The translations under genes and the position numbers were made by a program. Below the pieces are notes generated by a model that saw only the letters and a program-made list of their open reading frames with translations, ran no database searches and had not been told where the DNA came from. From Haliotis cracherodii (lineage: Eukaryota), in NCBI RefSeq assembly GCF_022045235.1, contig NW_027266266.1:5081848-5145847 (forward strand): a DNA stretch of 64,000 nt, given 5' to 3'. Of this stretch, positions 13,984-26,080 are shown in pieces (position 1 is the first letter of the stretch; each line of letters begins with the position of its first letter).

Positions 13984-14245
13984 CTGAAATGAAATTAGCT
14001 TTGATTTATTAAAAACAACCATGATGCGATGAAGATTTGATAAGAATATTATTATTGTCGCTTCTTCGTGTTCAGATATACTACCAAGTTAATTATAGTC
14101 AGATATACTTAAAGTACCCCACTGTTATCAATTACCCTTTTCTGTTATATAAGCGTTTGAGTCGCTGTGGGCCAAATATATTTTGTATCCCAGTTCACAC
14201 TTCGCGATCAACAGAAACACATGGAAAGATAGAGAAGCATCCTAC

Positions 14246-14518
14246 CATCAGAGCAGCAGGATCCAGAGTAGCCTCGTCCAGAGTCACAGATGCTGCTTGA
14301 GAAACTGCCGTTGTTGAAACAAACTTCATTGCAGCTCTCGGACTCAACTGTGTCATTCTCAGACAGGCTGCAGTCGTACAGGCAGTCCTTAACGGTTTGT
14401 CCTTCACAGCAGCAGGGTGACCGTGACCTTGTCCTTTGACCTCCTCCACATGTCTGGCTACAGCTGCTCCATGGCTGCCACGCGTTCCAGGAACAAAGGG
14501 GGCAAGTCCGAGTCCTGT
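14246..14518 (-). CDS. TSR gene exon 3 (phase 1-1): RTRTCPLCSWNAWQPWSSCSQTCGGGQRTRSRSPCCCEGQTVKDCLYDCSLSENDTVESESCNEVCFNNGSFSSSICDSGRGYSGSCCSD
   Basis: Minus-strand acceptor catccatttag and donor gatg|gtagga. A canonical TSP1 repeat plus a Cys-rich tail that aligns with exon 1's tail. Length is 273 nt. Confidence 0.55.
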
Positions 14519-15489
14519 CTAAATGGATGTTGTAATAATTGCAGTGAAAATATTTTTTTCAACGTTCTGTTCAATTTGCCAAGCTTAGGTGAAATTCATT
14601 TTTCTCTGTTCATCAGTTCTAAAAAAACATTTATTATAAAAACACTTATGTCACTATTGTGTTTCATACTTGAACCAGCCTAGGTCAGTCAATAGAACGC
14701 AAAGTCACCTAACTCTCTTCATCCGGCGAATGGATTACAGGAACTATATTTGCACTACGTGATATGAAACCGTTTGACACCAGCCACAGATATAGAGGTT
14801 ATCACGCGAGCTGAATACATCGTGTTTATTCCTAATACAGGATAGTTACCACCCCCAAACACACAAGCGTGATAACCACTTTAACATATAATGTCATTCT
14901 TTAATTCTGTTCTTGAAAATCGCTTTCCCTCTCACAAACATTACCTAAACATTGCGAGTTTTCCTGGAATGCGCCAAATCCAAGTATTTTAATTTGTGGA
15001 AAAGATTTCAAGCTGCACAGATATCGCTACTGATCCCGCTGATGCCCTCGCAAAACTGTTTCGAAATTTATGTCTCCAAAGTTGCCAAAACCTATTAAAT
15101 GTCTTAGCTACGTCACAGTTAGACACTGATTTTAAGTATATTAGACTGTTCATTTGATAATGATAGCAATTATCCCTGTAGTTTATCCAGATTCCCGATG
15201 GTTAATTCTGACTCGATTGCCGAATGACAAGGGCGACACCATGTTTGTTTATAAACAGTGAAAGTAGTCCCTACTTGAGCTTTGATATTTGCATCTCTAT
15301 CCGCATATGACCCCAACAGATATCGTTTTTTATCCGTTGGCTTTATCCTGCCGAGACACCTACCCATTATATGATAAAATAAAGATATGACTCAATCCTG
15401 TTCTGTTGAGATTGTGTTCATGTCATACATCATGTCAAACCTTTATTAATTTTCAACATAAGTAGTAATAAGTGATATAACTGGAGTTA

Positions 15490-16090
15490 AAGTGCAATCA
15501 TCATATTGCAGGCCAGAAGCAGATACTTCATAACATCACTGCTATTTAAATCATCACATTGGAGGTCAGTAGTAGATACCATCAGCATCACTGCTATTCA
15601 AATCATCATATTGCAGGCCAGTAGCAGATACCAAATTATTATAGCATCACTGCTATTCAAATCACCATACAGGAGGTCAGGAGTTGATACCAATAGCATC
15701 ACTGCTATTCAAATCATACTGCAGGTCAGGAGTTGATACTAATAGAATCACTGCTATTCAAATCATCATACTGCAGGTCAGGAGTTGATACCAATAGCAT
15801 CACTGCTATTCAAATCATCATATTGCGGGTCAGTAGCATATACCAATAGCATCACTGCTATTCAAATCATCATACTGCAGGTCAGGAGTTGATACAAATA
15901 GCATCACTGCTATTCAAATCATCACATTGCAGGCCAGTAGCAGATATGCCGTAACATCACTACTTTTCAAATCATGTTATCTCGGGCTAATAGGAGATAC
16001 TTCACTCCATTACTACTATTCAAATCATTATAGTGCAGGCCAGTGGCAGATACCTCCTAACATCTCTACTGTTCAAATAATCATATTGGA
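15490..16090. repeat. Tandem repeat with a unit of about 60 bp (...cactgctattcaaatcatcatattgcaggccagtagcagatacc...), about 10 copies
   Basis: Visible periodicity. It abuts the Tc1 remnant. Confidence 0.75.
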
Positions 16091-16650
16091 GGATAGTTGC
16101 ACATTTTATGCTCGCAGTGCGGGTGTTCACAGGCGTCGCGGGGAACGTTATGCACGAAACTGCATAGAGGAAGTGGACAGGTTTGATGGTGTTATTGTGA
16201 TGATGGGGGAAGATATTCCCTACGCTAGTAGAACAGTCTTGGTGCAAGTTTTGGGTGAATTTAACGGCACAACGTTTCGGGGATGAGATTCTTCGGCCAC
16301 ACGTCCTTCCGATGATGCGGCAAGCTAACGTCATTTTCGAACAAGACAACATCCGACCCCACAGGGCAAGACTGACAACAGTTTTGTCCATGCATCACAA
16401 GATCCAGGTCCAGCCATGGCTCTCCTTGTCTCCAGATTTTAACCCAATCGAACATTTATGTGACGCACTGGATCAACGACTGCGAGCACGTCAGCAACAA
16501 CCACAGAACCTCCGACACTTTGCAAAAGCACTGCAGACAGAGTGGGAGAACATTCCTCAGGCAACAATTCGGAATCTGATTGTTCCATGGGTACAACTAT
16601 GCCAGTCAGTTTTATACTCTGATGGTGGCCATACAAGATATTGATTAATA
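15927..16650 (+). mobile_element. Tc1/mariner transposon remnant (frameshifted transposase, plus strand)
   Basis: ORF 16255..16644 carries the DDE-domain signatures EQDNIRPHRA and SPDFNPIEHLCD. The upstream frame reads VHRRRGERYA...GGVIVM. Confidence 0.75.
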
Positions 16651-18179
16651 GACCTTTACCTTGAACATGCAAAGCTCCATGTTCCATATGGAGCCTAGGT
16701 CAGTGACAATGATGTGTGTCAATTTTGAACAGTCGATCACCATTTGTCGATTATTTATTTGATGTATTAACTGTACATCTAAATTCACTTTTCCGTTTCT
16801 TTTTTTTTGCAGAGTATATAATTCTAACATGTTTGTGAAGGAGGATATCAAAAGGAGAAGGCTATAAACGAATTTGACAAAATGATGCTAGGTGGTGAAG
16901 TGAAGAAGGCTTAAGAAATGGAGCTAAATGTTATGACCATTTTTATCATTGAAATGGCTTTTCTGTCGCACTGTGTAATACAAATTATCTTTGTACTCTA
17001 CCATGACAATAAAGATTTTGCAAGAGAAACATCTGTTTCTGTATTTTAGCCTTTTCACACAAAACACGTGCGTATGAATACATCGATAGCCTACATATTG
17101 ATCCATAACAAATGGCTGCAGATCACCGATAAGAACTGCATACCGTATCGATAATTTAATCTGTTCAGTCATACTCCCGTTCATTTGGTAATAACCACGT
17201 TGTACCAGCAGCCTCTTCCCAGTAAATCTACAGGTTAATGTTGAACAACATCATAGATCGGGGTTGTCATCTTGCTTCGTGTGACACATATTGTCAGAGG
17301 CACGAATCGAGGCAATCTGTCACCCATACAATGGGCGATGGCATATTCGATTTCCAAGAAATGACAACAAGTTGCGATGAATTTATATTATAACACATGT
17401 CTTTGGGATCAGTTTGGAGGGTAACTTCTTTTTGAAAAACTTTTGTGTTTTGGACCCTTATTATGAAGTAGTCGAGAACATGTGCATTGTAATGTTTAAC
17501 TCATATAATATTTGTTACATTTATAACTACCTATGACCCCTTTTCGGAATGTTCTAAGACAATCTCATTAAAATCAGATCTTAGTTTTCGCTACGGCTAA
17601 ACAAAGATCTGAGGACATCCCATTAAGGGTCACGCAAGAACGACCTCGCGAATTTTGACCGTTCAATGAAATGACTGACAAGAAATAGACATTAGCCAAT
17701 CAGAAGGCAGCTTTCTCGAGCTTTACGACACTAGTTTCAAACTGGCGACTACGCTTCGAAACATATTTTGACGTATTCTCGGTTAAACATTTTAAAACTG
17801 ATAAAAAAAACACATTCTGGAATGGCTTACAGATGGCCTAGATTGTATGGATATAATCATAAAACCCGTAACTGTCGTTCCGAATACCCGCTGTTAAATA
17901 TTTCGTTGCATAGGTTGCATGATCAGAAAACACATTCCGTCTGTTTCCTTTCATGGTAAATTGAGATAAACCTATTGTGTTTTTCAATTTGGCGTTGTCC
18001 TCTCACTAGAGAGTAGACAGCGATCGGACTACATCAAACTTCAAAACACAGTAGGTTCATCTCCTAAATGTCTCTTTCCTGGAAGGTTTCAGTTAAGTGT
18101 ACAATTAGATCGTGATGATGAAGGATAAATCTCACTTACAAACCACTTACAGTATAATCATTACGTACCATTTACTAAC

Positions 18180-18350
18180 AGTCGGGTAGCCTAGTGGTTA
18201 AGGCGTTCGCTCGTAACGCCAAAGGCCCGGGTTCGATTCCTGACATGGGTACAATGTGTGAAGCCGATTTCTGGTGTCTCCCGCCGTGATATTGCTGGAA
18301 TATTGCTAAAAGTGGCGTAAAACCTCACTCACTCACTCACTCACTACTGA
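18180..18350 (+). mobile_element. tRNA-derived SINE, family 2 (about 165 bp)
   Basis: cagtcgggtagcctagtggttaaggcgttcgctcg...gggttcgattcc...attgctaaaagtggcgtaaaacc plus a cactcactcac tail. Confidence 0.7.
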
Positions 18351-18377
18351 CAGTCCAAGGGAATCCCTAGATATTAC

Positions 18378-18596
18378 CATTCTTGGTGCACAAATTGGTG
18401 CAGACCCTCACTTCAGTGCTGTTCCCCCGGAAGTTGCAGTCCTCAGTACAGTTATTCCCTTTCACCGACGTTTGACAGCAGCGCCATCTTTTCCTGGTTC
18501 GCGTTCCACAGCCACAGCCTGTGCTACAGCCTCCCCATGACAACCAGTTGACCCACGTGCAGTGTCGGGCACAGTCACCAAATGCAGTTGTCTCGC
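18378..18596 (-). CDS. TSR gene exon 2 (phase 1-1): ETTAFGDCARHCTWVNWLSWGGCSTGCGCGTRTRKRWRCCQTSVKGNNCTEDCNFRGNSTEVRVCTNLCTKN
   Basis: Minus-strand acceptor tttaccag and donor aatg|gtaata. TSR-like W..W..W..C...C.C.......R.R..CC. Length is 219 nt, a multiple of 3 with phase 1-1. Confidence 0.5.
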
Positions 18597-18714
18597 CTGG
18601 TAAACATATAAATGCGAAGTTCGTTATGTCAACCTAATATCTTCCATAACAAGGATAATCCTACTTACACTTGTTGCTGCTCAACCTACCATTGTCCAAG
18701 CCCTGGTTATGTTA

Positions 18715-18895
18715 TTTACCCAACAGTGAGTGAGTGAGTGAGTATGTTTTTACGCCGCTTTTAGCAATATTCCAGCAATATCACGGCGGGGGACACCAGA
18801 AATGGGCTTCACACATTGTACCCATGTCGGGAATCGAACCCGGGTCTTCGGCGTGACGAGCGAAAGCTTTAACCACTAGGCTACCCGACCGCCCC
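18715..18895 (-). mobile_element. SINE family 2 copy in inverted orientation
   Basis: Reverse complement of the 18180 copy. Together the two copies bracket TSR exon 2 (18378-18596). Confidence 0.7.
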
Positions 18896-18984
18896 ATTTA
18901 CCCAACAGAGTGGAAACAAAAGCAGTGTGCGATACACCCATCTTCCTATGAATACAATGTTGTTAAATAATACACACATGGTAT

Positions 18985-19225
18985 CTTTGGGGTTTTTTTT
19001 ACGCCGCACTCAGCAATATTCCAGCTATATGACGGCGGTCTGTAAATAATCGAGTCTGGACCAGACAATCCAGTGATTAATATCATGAGCATCGATCCAC
19101 GCAATTGGGATCGATGACATGATCACCCGATCCCGTTAGTCGCCTTTTACGACAAGCATAGTCACCTTTAACGGCAAGCATGGGTTGCTGAAGATCTATT
19201 CTACCCCGGAATCTTCACGGGTTGT
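18985..19225 (+). mobile_element. SINE family 3 copy
   Basis: Full-length match. Confidence 0.6.
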
Positions 19226-19304
19226 ATCTTTGGGGGATTTGGTTGTTGACTTTAGTGAGTAACGTATTACAACATTACAACTAACCCATATGTTTTTAAC
19301 AGAA

Positions 19305-19690
19305 TAAGACCGCCTCCGTGGTCCTGTGGTAGAGCGTCCGCCCGGAGAGCGGAAGGTCCAGGGTTCGATCCCGGGCCGCGTCATACAAAAAGACGTTAAA
19401 AGATAGTACTTGTTGTTACCCTGTCTGGCGCTCGGCATTAAAGGGCTAAAACAAGGACTGGTCGGCTCGGAGTCAGTATACTGTGTCTGAGTGGGGTATT
19501 CATGTTAAACTGCGGCATGGTATCTCAGTGAGCTAGCACTATAAATCGGCATCAGTCCGGACTAGTACAAGCAGCCACACACACACATACACGTGCATGC
19601 ACGTCGCTATATAAGTGCAATAATCTTGGACGCGACGTTAAACCCAATTTCACCTCACCTTTAACAGAATAGCGTCGCAGATAACTTGCA
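19305..19690 (+). mobile_element. tRNA-derived SINE, family 4 (about 380 bp; head ccgcctccgtggtc.tgtggtagagcgtccgcccggagagcggaaggtccagggttcgatccc)
   Basis: A second near-identical copy lies at 59905-60195. A partial inverted head lies at 28995-29090. Confidence 0.65.
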
Positions 19691-20639
19691 TTCTGGCACC
19701 TGTATGGTCAATTGAGGCTTAACTGGCTTGTTTGTTTGTTTATGTATTTGTTTGTTTGTGTGTTGTTTAAACTGGTGACGTCAGCCGGAAGTCCGTCATG
19801 TTTTGTCTTGCCATGAACATGATAAAGCATGGCCACAATACTGACGCTGCATTCTTGTTTTCTCGCGACTCAGGGTTGGCTGGACCAAAGAACTGGCAAA
19901 GTTCTATGCGAACATTTGTGATAAATATAAAATAACTTTTGTCGTTGTAGTAATGACGAAATCTAGGCATCTTCGCGGGTCGCATTAATAATGTTAATGA
20001 CGTTTTGATAAGCCACTTGCTTGGTATTCTGCGATTGTTTACGTAGTATCTCAACCTTTCATAGAGGAACAGAATCATGTCTTGAATAAAGACACAGTTT
20101 ATACCCACAGAAGTATAAAGTCAGTGTTAGCAAAAGTTTAAATACGACCCCTTTGAGGGCAGTCTTAGTGTATCGGTCAAACTAATTCTTTTGCAGTTGT
20201 CTCTGCATAATTAATACACGCGATAAAACAGAATCATGGACCCAATTCAAGTAAATATTAAACGCCAACACCTGAGATTGTCCGTCGAGACAGATTTCAC
20301 TTGGACTAAAGGCCATAACAGCGGTGACAAGTTAATCAGTGGATCACTGAAAACCAGTGATGACACCAGGTGTTCGCGAAAAATGTAAGCATGTCCTGCC
20401 CTACCGGAAGCATCCGCCACTCACGCAATTTGCATAAAAAGGTATGTGTTTGTTGCCTGACATCAGACTTTTTGTAATGGAATCGTGAACGATTTCTTTT
20501 CATGATGCTGTTCACATATTTTTGTATCTGTGTTCTGCGTGAACTTCTGCGAAACTTCAGTTAGAACTGTTCACATGTGCAATCTTCAAATGGAATGTAA
20601 AACATTATCATGATTGGATCATATTTTGGACATTCAAGA

Positions 20640-20940
20640 CTAACTCGGGGGCACGGGTGGCCCAGTCGTCTGAGGTGCCGCGATTCGCTGTGCAGGGTAG
20701 AGTCCCTTGGGCACGCCAGGAATCTATGATTTTGGGTTCGAATCCCGGTTCGCCCCGATTATATTTCTAAGTTTGTCAGCACCATACCCGTGCTCGTGGG
20801 TTTCACCGAAGTGGTACACTTCTGAGACCTGCATCACTTCTGGCTTTCCTCCCACATTAAGCTGACACGCCGCGGTAGAAATGGAATACTATTAAAAGCG
20901 GCGTTAACCTCAACTCACTCACTCACTCACTCAAGACTAG
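20640..20940 (+). mobile_element. tRNA-derived SINE, family 1 (about 290 bp, (CACT)n-like tail), full copy
   Basis: tRNA-like head gggggcacgggtggcccagtcgtc...gggttcgaatcccgg, the body, and a cactcactcactc tail. Four or more copies lie in the window. Confidence 0.7.
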
Positions 20941-21244
20941 CTCAATATTCTAACATTATGGTATGAGTGAGTTGGGTCTGACGCTGTATGGGATAGGATG
21001 AGTATGGCCCACGATCTTGGATATGAAACCGGAATTTGAACCATGCACGATATGAGGTTTCCTCTGCACAAGGAAATGCGGAGACTCAGACGACTGGGAC
21101 AATCATTCCTCGCCACATTCACATGAAGAAATTAATGACATATCATTGACATAACAATGATATAAAATTGACATTTTATCCCATACCAGCACGCGAATGA
21201 GATGTTTGGCAAACCCAGTGACAAAACAAATATTAATACAATAC

Positions 21245-21566
21245 ACATGCCTCGTTCACAACAAACTCCATATCTGAGAGGAGGACAGTGACAGTAGCCA
21301 TCGATGAAGCTTCCACCATTAGGGCAGTGTGTCTCACAATATTCCGTCTCCACGGACGCGTTTGGTCGGTGACATTTACCGATACAGTCTGGAATATGAA
21401 CTCCACAACACATCTTTCGTGTTCTGGTTCTCAGCCCAGCACATGTTCTGGTACAGGAGCTCCACAAACCCCAGGACTCCCACTCACAGGCCTGAAGACC
21501 GGGTTCACACACACAGTCCACCACCAGGGGCAGCACCACGGCGACGTACACCCTCAGGCGAGTCAT
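21245..21566 (-). CDS. TSR gene exon 1: MTRLRVYVAVVLPLVV signal peptide, a TSP1 repeat (CEWESWGLWSSCTRTCAGLRTRTRKMCC) and an EGF-like Cys-rich tail (...CETHCPNGGSFIDGYCHCPPLRYGVCCERG)
   Basis: It is part of ORF 21132..21608. Thrombospondin type-1 signature (W-x2-W-x2-W-S-x-C-x2-T-C-x-G-x3-R-x-R). Hydrophobic N-terminus after Met at 21566. The 3' donor is uncertain, either gcatgt (GC donor) or gtattg. An acceptor (ttttcag) just upstream of 21608 means an additional 5' exon cannot be excluded. Confidence 0.5.
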
Positions 21567-23339
21567 GTCAGCAGTGTGACTGAACCCAGTATCCTGTGAT
21601 GGCAACACTTTCCTGAAAAATAGGAAAACAGTGTTATCTCATTGTTTATTCAAATGCGATTGCCGTCGCTGCATGACTGATGCGTGATGTTTGTGTTTAT
21701 GGCCTTCTGCAGATAAAATGAGTATAATTGAATAATTGGTTAAACAAAACTATTTAAAAACTCTGTTTGATCATACTTTTTATAATATCGCAATCAGATA
21801 TTACATTTTATTCTCAAAGGTAAAAGAGTGTGAGTGAGTTAATATTTTAAGTCACGTCAGCAATATTTCAGCCATTTGGTGACTAGACAAGATAATGCGT
21901 TTGATGTTATAAGGCGTACCGTCAAAGGAAGTAAAACAAGAAAACAGCGTTATCATTAACCCGACGTAAAGAGAACAAAATTTCGTTCTAATTCGTCCCT
22001 CAAACGAAGTTCAGCTGTTTCTGAGAAAACTTGCCCCTATTGCAAAATAACATGGATCGAAGGCCGTAACTCAGTAAACAATTAATTGACGGGACCAATT
22101 TTGGAACTCAGTCTTGACAAGTATCTCTTGATAAAACACAAGTTCAAAATCACGGAGCAAGGGCAATAACCCTGTACAAATTTAATTTACGACTGCTGTC
22201 AAGTTTGGCCGATAATTAAGACATACAAAATTATATTGCGATTAAAAACGTGGTAGCCATAAAAATACTGGCAATGATGTATAGGATAAAGCACGCCTCC
22301 GAGGTTTGGGTTGAAAATATTTAAAAAAACGCCAGTGAGGGAAAGCTTTCCCCGAGGTCAAGGTTTTACTTTTCCAACCAAAACCGAGGAGGCGTGTTTT
22401 ATCCAACTTATGAACCGACTAAATGCAAGAAAAACACAGAAAAAAAGAAAACATCGAAATACCTTACAGTGAAACAATACAGTGTATCGCAGTATAAAAG
22501 GAATTTGATCAAAGCGTGCTAGAGAAAAACCACGTGCAGCATGGACTAGCTGGAGTCATGACATGATGAACTTGACAACTTCTGATCACCTGCCCTGGTA
22601 GCTCAGTGGTAAACAGCGGTTACAAAACTTAACACGATATGAGTTTTCAGGTTTGATTCAAGTCATGGAATTTTTCACATTTAACAACTTTGGCTTTTAA
22701 CCAATCATCAATCACAATTGTGTTCACATCAAGAATAAAGTTAACAAAACGTTAATTTGAAACCTAGGTATTTCAATTGAAATGTATTCATCAGGTCACG
22801 TGAATTACTCCGGAACGCTTTTTTGCATTGTTGGTATTGCCTTCCTTGTAAGGTTATCAACATTTAGAAGAACTTTCTGTTACTGTTGTGTGACGTCATC
22901 AGAGGTTTATAAGTGGTCTTATGTGCCCTCTCGGGGTCAATGGTTTTACGATATATATTCTTCAACCCCTATCGAGGAATCGGCCTCTTTAACCTTAGTT
23001 ACTGATTTCTTCGTCCAAATTAAAACGCATTCAATTTATACAAAACAATATTAAAATTTGTGAATAAATTCAAGTTTTTAAAAAAAATAATAAACAATTA
23101 AAAGAATGTTTGTATTTCTAAAAAGATCCATCAATGAAGATGCTTTGAAAACATTATCACTTGTGTTGGCAAAATCAACAGTCAAGCAGGACATTTTTGA
23201 CCGTGATTCGTTCATCACAAGGGATACAAAATTGAGGATAATAACCTTTCAATAAATAATCATGTAAAATCGTCCTCTTTACATCTGGACTGGACCCAGG
23301 AAGAGCCTGGATAGAATAGCTCTTCACCAACCCATGCTT

Positions 23340-23525
23340 GCCGTAAAAGTGAGTGAGTGAGTTGGGCTTAACGCCGCTTTTAACAATATTCCAGTTATAT
23401 CGCGGCGTGTCAGCTTAATGTGGGAGGAAAGCCCGAAGTGATGCAGGTCTCCGACGTTAGCCACTTAGCTGGAATATTGCTGAGTGCGGCGTTAAACAAC
23501 AAAACAACCAACCAACATCTGGACT
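23340..23525 (-). mobile_element. Composite fragment: SINE family 1 3' part joined to a family 3 fragment
   Basis: gagtgagtgagttgggcttaacgccgcttttaacaatattccag...ccacttagctggaatattgctgagtgcggcgttaaacaacaaaac. Confidence 0.5.
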
Positions 23526-24299
23526 GACAGCCTAAGTAGGAGTAACAAGGTAAAAGACGATGAATATTTTGCACTTTTCAATAAATTCCACTCAACCGGA
23601 TGTCGCGTTTTCTGCAATGAAATAAAGAATATTCGGTAGAAACTGCTTTAAATGTTCTCTAAAAGAAGGCAGATATCCAATCCCATACCATTGCAAGTCC
23701 AAGAAGTCTTTGGAAGTGCAGGGTTAAGATAAAGCGATACGGCCCTTTCCTTCTCTGCCAAAATCTCTACCAGGTGTTCGCGAAAAGGTGAGCGTATCTT
23801 GCCCCACCGATGACACCCGTCACAAACACATGCAAAGGCAAATTAATTGTTCACCTGGAAAAACACGGGAACATATGGCACAAGTCAATCACGCCAAGTG
23901 AAAATGATAGATGACGTGCCATGGGAACGATCGCAACCTGACGTCGCACTTCAAAGAAACGTCCACGGGAACACTATATGACACTTATGGCAACAGAATA
24001 CCCACGTCAGAGACCGTTCCCAGGTAGTGGCCACCAACCCCTGATAATCCCTCGCCAAGACATATGGATTCGAAATATTGTAAAATATTAGTATGAAGAT
24101 TATCATGCACGTTCTAATGGCTGACATTTAGCCAAAATCTTAAAATCTAAATTTGAGCAAGAGCAATTGTTGGCGACGTCATAAATACAACTTGCTTTTC
24201 GCTGTTCTGTAACCAGGACATATACTCTTTCAATAAAGAAACGCAAAGCCAGATTTGTGTGAGGTAGGAAAATGCATCTTTACGAGGAACCGTACAAAG

Positions 24300-25450
24300 T
24301 ATTGAGCCAAAATGTTGTGGAGAGAACACTTGGTGATTGTAGTCATCTCAGTTATGGGAACATAGGAAAAGTCCAGGGTGAAGGCCAGCTACCATCAATA
24401 ACGCTTATGTTCCCCGTTGGGATCGATAGCGCCCTGACGTCTCCTGGAAGAGACGTGTATGAGAATCACATCCTGGTGATGGTAGCCCACTCGGCCTGCG
24501 ACGCAAAAGCCAACTGCTGCAACGTCTGGTTCTATCCAATTCATCCCACAGGTGCTCTGTTGGGTTCAAATCCGGGGATCTGGAGGGCCAGGGGAGAACA
24601 TCAACGTTGTTGTTGTGTAGACAGTCTCCTGTGCTCCGTGCTGTATGAGGTCGGGCGGTGTCCTTCTGGAATACAAGGTTGCCGTGGCTGCAATTGGAAG
24701 GACGTGTGGTAGGAGACTTTTTCGTTGCTGTGTCGTTGAGTCGTAAGATTACCCTAGATATGGATTAAACCTGTCCCGCCATGATGAGAGATATCCGCTT
24801 ACATCATAACGCTACCTCTTCAAAACCTGTCCACTTCCTGTATGCAGTTTCCGGCGTAACGTTCTCCCTGAAGTCTGTAGACCCGTGCTCTTCCATCCCC
24901 TCGACGGAGGAGAAATCGTGTATCGTCCCTGAACCAGACATCTCTCCATCGAAGTTGAGGCCATACCCTCTGTTGACGACATCAATGCAGTCGTTGTTGA
25001 CGATATTGTCGATTCAATATGACGCATCGAACAGGACGTCTCGCTCGTAGACCTGCTGCTCCATACGGTTTCTTACGGACTGCTCGGATATTTTGCGCAG
25101 TCCGGGTATTTGGAATGTGGTTGAAGTGGTTGTGGTCTTTCTTCACGTAGGTGGCGCAGTCGGATGTAGCGATCCTGGACGGGGGTGGTTACTCTTGGTC
25201 CTCCCGACCTTGGCCGATCACGTGTTAACCCATGCTTTTAAAACCGATCCCATAGCCTTGTGATGGTGCTGGGCGTTATATTGAAAACCATGGCTACAGC
25301 TGATCGTGTTTCCCCTGCCTGCAAGCGGCCTATGGCGTTGTTTCGTTGCACTTTTGTTAATCTTGGCATGTTGTTGAACTGTCACTGTTCGATCGACGCC
25401 GATGCAAGGCAATAAAAAAACCCTGCACTTTAATACCGTTCATAGTGAGC
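24300..25450 (-). mobile_element. Tc1/mariner transposon remnant (minus strand, frameshifted)
   Basis: Minus-strand translation at about 24440-24640 gives FQKDTARPHTAR...LPWPSRSPDLNPTEHLWDELDR. N-terminal helix-turn-helix fragments lie at 24812-25412. It shares a KPVHFLYAVS antisense segment with the 16-kb copy. Confidence 0.65.
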
Positions 25451-25799
25451 TGCACGTGCAGTACGTGCAGCTCCAAGGCCCTTTTGTTAATACACTGGGT
25501 GCGGTATTTTACGTGGGTCGTTAACGTTGTTCATACTTTCAACCATGGGCTTCTAGAGCCAACCTCAAGAGTTTACATGCGTGTCTTTATCTAATTTGCA
25601 CTCAAATCAGAGTAAGGGTTAGCAGCAGTAAATATATGTCAGATTATGCATAATTCAACACGTGCTTTTACTGCATTCTGATAACTTCTTTCAGTGGCAT
25701 TCTAATAGTTTATCTAAAAATGACGTTCATAGACAGAGAAAGAATCAAAGCTGGCTACGCTAATGATACCAATACCAAAGCAAGCTTCATTATTGATAT

Positions 25800-26080
25800 T
25801 TTGATGGCCCAGTCGTCTAAGGCGCCGCGATTCGCTGTGCAGAGTTGCCCTCCGTTGGGCACGCCAGAAACCTGTGATTGTGGGTTCGAATCTCGGTTCG
25901 CCCCGATTATGTTTCTAGTTTTGTCAGCATACCCGTGCTAATGGGTTTCACCGAAGTGGTAAACGTCTGACACCTGCATCACTTCGGGCTTTCCTCCCAC
26001 ATTAAGCTGACACGCTGCGATATAACTGGAATATTGTTAAAAGTGGCATTAAATCCAACTCACTCACTCACTTCATTATG
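25800..26080 (+). mobile_element. SINE family 1 copy
   Basis: Matches the 20640 copy end to end, including the cactcactcac tail. Confidence 0.7.

Noticed and set aside
20640-20760. tRNA-like sequences (here and at 18185, 19310, 42480-42620 and 59915)
   Set aside because: These are heads of SINE families with bodies and tails attached. The acceptor stems are imperfect and each is present in multiple dispersed copies, so they are not called as tRNA genes.
24272-24712. 146-aa plus-strand ORF
   Set aside because: It is antisense to the Tc1 transposase DDE domain on the minus strand (FQKDTARPHTAR...DLNPTEHLWDELDR).
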